Shown in pieces: positions 62,601-64,000 of a stretch of 64,000 bases of DNA. The position numbers and the translations under genes were made by a program. Below the pieces are notes generated by a model. The model had not been told where the DNA came from. It did no database searches and was given only the letters and a program-made list of their open reading frames with translations. How positions within the stretch are numbered: position 1 is the first letter of the stretch; each line of letters begins with the position of its first letter. This stretch comes from an uncultured Clostridia bacterium (GTDB taxonomy: Bacteria > Bacillota > Clostridia > Christensenellales > Borkfalkiaceae), in contig CALVLK010000003.1 of NCBI GenBank assembly GCA_944337235.1, forward strand, positions 1,289-65,288, in the 5' to 3' direction.

Positions 62601-64000
62601 CCCGTCGTCACATTGTTGTAGGCAAGCGTTTCATCGACAAATTCCTTATATTCGCCGCCGACGCCCGCAGCCTCGGTAATATAGATGGGTGTATCCCCCG
62701 TTGCGGAGGTGATAAGGTAGGGCGTCATCGTACCGCTGACGGATGCGACGGAAAGTGCCATTTCGTATGTGGAAGGCGAGCCGACCGTTGCACTGTCGGG
62801 GTTGGAAGTAAGCCCGAGGTTACCGTTTTTGGTGGAACCGAAGGTGGAATTATAGTCATTGGAAGCCGCGGCGACCAAGCTGATCCCCTGCGCTTCGATC
62901 GCGTCATACACGGTCTGGATCGCAACCTCATCCACCTCACGGCTGAAGCCGGCACTGGAACCGAGGGACATGTTGATGACATCTACGCCAAGCGCGACGC
63001 AGTCCTCGAGTGCGGCAAGCAGCCACGAGGTCCTTGCCCCCGAAGTCTCATCCGAAAAGACCTTCATGAAGGCGAGCTGCGCGTTGGGCGCAACGCCCGT
63101 AATCGTATCGTCGTTGCCGACGATGATGCCCGAAACGTGCGTGCCGTGTGCACTGTTGATGGGGAACACGTCGGGGTCGCCGTCTGCATAGTCATAGGCA
63201 TAGGGCACCTTGGCGTTCAGATAGACATCCGCCGCCGTAAGCCCTGCCGTGGTATTGGCAGCCGCAAAATCGCCCACCCTGCCCTGAAGATCGGAAAGGG
63301 TAATGACCTCTTCGCCCTCAAAACGGGAGACGTCGAATGCGGAGTGCGTATAATCAAGGCCTGTATCGAGCACGGCGACGACAACGCCGCTGCCGTCATA
63401 TTCCGAACCGGAACTGTCGAAGATACCCGTCTCGTACACATTGACGTCGTTGGTGACGACGCCGGGCGTGGTGTCTTCAACCGTTTCGCAGCGTTCGTAA
63501 ACCTCGCCCACGACCACTGCGGCCTCGCCGTCGAGCACCTCGCACACCTGATCGAAATATCTGGCGCGCACAAGGATCTCGAAGCCGCCGATGACGGTAT
63601 TATAGCTGTTGCCGAGCCGATACTGCACGCCCGCCCTCGTCAGGCTTGCCTGCAGTCTGTTATTTTCGCGCGTAATATTTGCCGCAACCTCGCTGCCGGC
63701 GTCCGAAAGGGCATATTCCGCCACGGTATCGTACTGCGTGCGGACCTTTTCCCCCGCCTGATAGGCGTCGAGAACGGTCTCCTCCTCCGTCATGATGATG
63801 AGCGAGATTTCTTCGTTGTCGTCGATGTCCTCGCTCAGCTTTTGTACGGTGGATTCGCTGAAATAGTCCTCAATATGGTTGTCGATGTCGGAAGCGTCGA
63901 TCTCATTGAACGTCTTGTTCTCCGCCCCGCTCTCCGCCGCAGCGGACGAAGCATCCTCCCAGACGGGAAGAACTGCAGTAAGTCCAAGACATCCGCAGAG
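56609..64000 (-). CDS. Giant cell-surface protein: I9-like propeptide, S8 subtilisin-family protease with PA insert, Big_2 domains, long BspA-type LRR array, C-terminal TM anchor (5' end beyond window)
   Basis: The frame is open to base 64000, where it reads a signal-peptide tail LCGCLGLTAVLP. Catalytic motifs VLDTGLD, HGTHVSG and SGTSMAAP. PA motif GKIALVRRGSTNFEDK. Big_2 motif SDESVVRVVNGRLIGVSEGEAYITA. LRR region about 57400-59660. TM segment about 56700-56766. Confidence 0.9.
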   Translation of the reverse strand, partial: LCGCLGLTAVLPVWEDASSAAAESGAENKTFNEIDASDIDNHIEDYFSESTVQKLSEDIDDNEEISLIIMTEEETVLDAYQAGEKVRTQYDTVAEYALSDAGSEVAANITRENNRLQASLTRAGVQYRLGNSYNTVIGGFEILVRARYFDQVCEVLDGEAAVVVGEVYERCETVEDTTPGVVTNDVNVYETGIFDSSGSEYDGSGVVVAVLDTGLDYTHSAFDVSRFEGEEVITLSDLQGRVGDFAAANTTAGLTAADVYLNAKVPYAYDYADGDPDVFPINSAHGTHVSGIIVGNDDTITGVAPNAQLAFMKVFSDETSGARTSWLLAALEDCVALGVDVINMSLGSSAGFSREVDEVAIQTVYDAIEAQGISLVAAASNDYNSTFGSTKNGNLGLTSNPDSATVGSPSTYEMALSVASVSGTMTPYLITSATGDTPIYITEAAGVGGEYKEFVDETLAYNNVTTGSVTLEYVVIPGVGRGSDYTGIDVAGKIALVRRGSTNFEDKARIARERGAAACIIFNNVSGDISMSVGAVGDYPVCSISQDDGEALVAAYEASGSGTITISTQNQAGPFMSNFSSWGPTPDLRIKPEITAHGGNITSAVPGGSYDSMSGTSMAAPNQAGVTALIRQYVKERFAGENLTDAEVTDRVYQIMMSTTDIVYNQNNLAYSVRKQGAGLANLEKATSTPAYVRTYDRDGELMGKTKLEIGDDRDKTGVYTMEFEVVNISGSALSYDVGAIVMTEGVSDTLTARGLTVVTEEGYLLSGASVSVSSVSGGSVSGNTISVAGNQTARFSVTITLSDEDKAYLDSSFENGMYVEGFITLDAASGTDIDLRVAYLGFYGDWTQAPLFDLDYFETDRDENDDTIPLEEKTLPDAYASRPIGGLYNDYIVYLGSYAFLQDPNATTINADRNHIALSNQRTGDSSGTVNSISTIYAGMLRGAKRMTLTITDQVTGEVIYEQEIYNQRKSNAGGGSTIYPSSIDVDFYVDEYDLKNNTEYMVTLTGYLDYGEDGGLSTNKRNTFSFPFVTDFQAPILTGVEYRTEYVRDTNTYRLYADLSIYDNHYSQGAVIGYIYENEPGSEYTYSLASFGRYVNALYSERNSTTVLTVELTDYMDQIKQSYNGNSYILQVYDYAQNTATYELNIPDSVLGIQFVDSTTKEPTEELTIGQYETVTMTDIVSVTPSGSWIATLNYTSSDESVVRVVNGRLIGVSEGEAYITATANSDPDISATLKVTVGPNEQGYSQPVAESFVLTGYEVNKVFYMLSSDERDLGATQAGVTVDFTTSSYSLSMFPSESVTLQYRLYAYFPDDTIVDFTSNNPNIVTVDEDGTVIAQAEGNTTISVRVMMWDPTANGGAGGYRATLYSNTVSVTVKDPYTTNSIYLMNYRGLGGEVIIPDDLRVTEIYQYAFSGYQYVAKDENDEISEEDPLYTKPVPIGDNTITKVVIPEGVEVIGAYAFANLTALEEVVLPSTLTKIQNGAFEGCTSLRTVSFGTYDANNNLVAGPNNLQFINNDAFYGCTSLENFSFGSRMVAIGDDAFAYTGLISVTLPATAQSIGAAAFYACENLRTLTINAELVKLGTEAFAYCSNLTSASINASVVPSGVFAGCTALGRNGSIALGPDVSVIGQYAFAETSVSSFTIDPENETFRTDNNGAYILSTDGTLVLVAPTATTLISTTITQIGEGVLAGNTNITTVTLPNVTEVDAYAFAGCTSLRSVTLGALTEVGDYAFMNTAITRLPTFSDELTAIGDYAFAYTMLTSATIPANITVGTLAFGGCSNLLSVTVEDGATLEAGAFMPASAYLGTYAGTMSGRYFYTFSTQYASSLRSLTIGDNVTIGASAFRGSASLTSVTLGSNIAIGDYAFYNCAALSNIDLSGVTSVGDLAFSGEGSVIYYTTVNTNGAATMPYSSAYGWTYYAEGDNMYSTRLTQANLSNASEIGLGAFAYTPLTSVTLGENAVTVGDNAFYECTALTSVTLGGTTTVGDYAFYGATQLTQTDLSGISSIGAYAFYDAALASVTLAEGATVGDYAFYRNEELSSVANLNTIEEIGARAFAETALTSADLSAAVSLGDFAFADSALTEITLSDALTDLGENPFAGCALDAFERDGASTYDISANVRVIEGVLYRVAANGGLEVITYPIASAATTYEVEEGTIRIGARAFYNSSLISVSLVRDVAAIGDRAFYGCSQLSVIEFRSMEAPVLEEQYDEAYLNEMGENGVLNLYNRAPFTGNVELTGGVTVPGLGIIAFNMWNWSSNYTNYFYGANFIDLIGEETLKDHTLIMVRPNNGTGYDTFIYGQYFDVVIDGMTAITDTTLSVIDTIMQIPTIISLEHESLIVSARAAYNALAVEQQALVAGAYDGTNYLARLTSAEAQLEYLQNQQSQDPGVDPEPEPGDGDGTVNTVGLWIAIGVLAGVIVVLGAGIVAIKLVDRKKAAQAEAGDEGGNDGNNDSESQD

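Overview
High-GC Firmicutes/Clostridia-type chromosomal segment, almost entirely transcribed on the minus strand. Left to right:
(1) A BspA-type leucine-rich-repeat (LRR) lipoprotein gene that runs off the window and is broken at a G7 tract.
(2) A hairpin-rich repeat locus.
(3) A dTDP-rhamnose / glycosyltransferase / flippase cluster (rfbA-GT2-rfbB-rfbD-rfbC-wzx).
(4) Housekeeping genes: flavin reductase fused to two rubredoxins, yceD-like gene plus rpmF, pta-ackA, tmcAL, a GH43 lipoprotein, two flavoproteins, a membrane-anchored YegP-domain protein, an Mrp/NBP35 ATPase, a heterodimeric ABC exporter, long-form SRP RNA, and an M18 aminopeptidase.
(5) A second locus of the same repeat family, followed by a small, visibly A/T-richer islet. 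The islet holds a prepilin-type gene interrupted by one in-frame TAA and a Cys-motif membrane protein.
(6) The complete S10-spc-alpha ribosomal supercluster, rpsJ to rplQ, including secY, adk, map, infA and rpoA. rpmJ and rpmD were translated by hand because they fall below the ORF-track size cutoff.
(7) An orphan FtsX-type permease.
(8) A tightly packed operon of more than 16.5 kb: a giant (more than 2460 aa) S8 protease-Big2-LRR membrane-anchored protein, a GLUG/flg_new lipoprotein, an oversized OppA, OppBCDF, and a small tail-anchored protein.
I saw no tRNA, rRNA, CRISPR array, transposase, integrase or recognisable defence or toxin genes.
Best candidates for something new: the protease-lipoprotein-Opp operon; the two switch-like gene interruptions (G7 frameshift, in-frame TAA); the hairpin repeat family; and the promoter plus long leader inside the ribosomal cluster.
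All promoter, terminator and RNA boundaries are read by eye and approximate.
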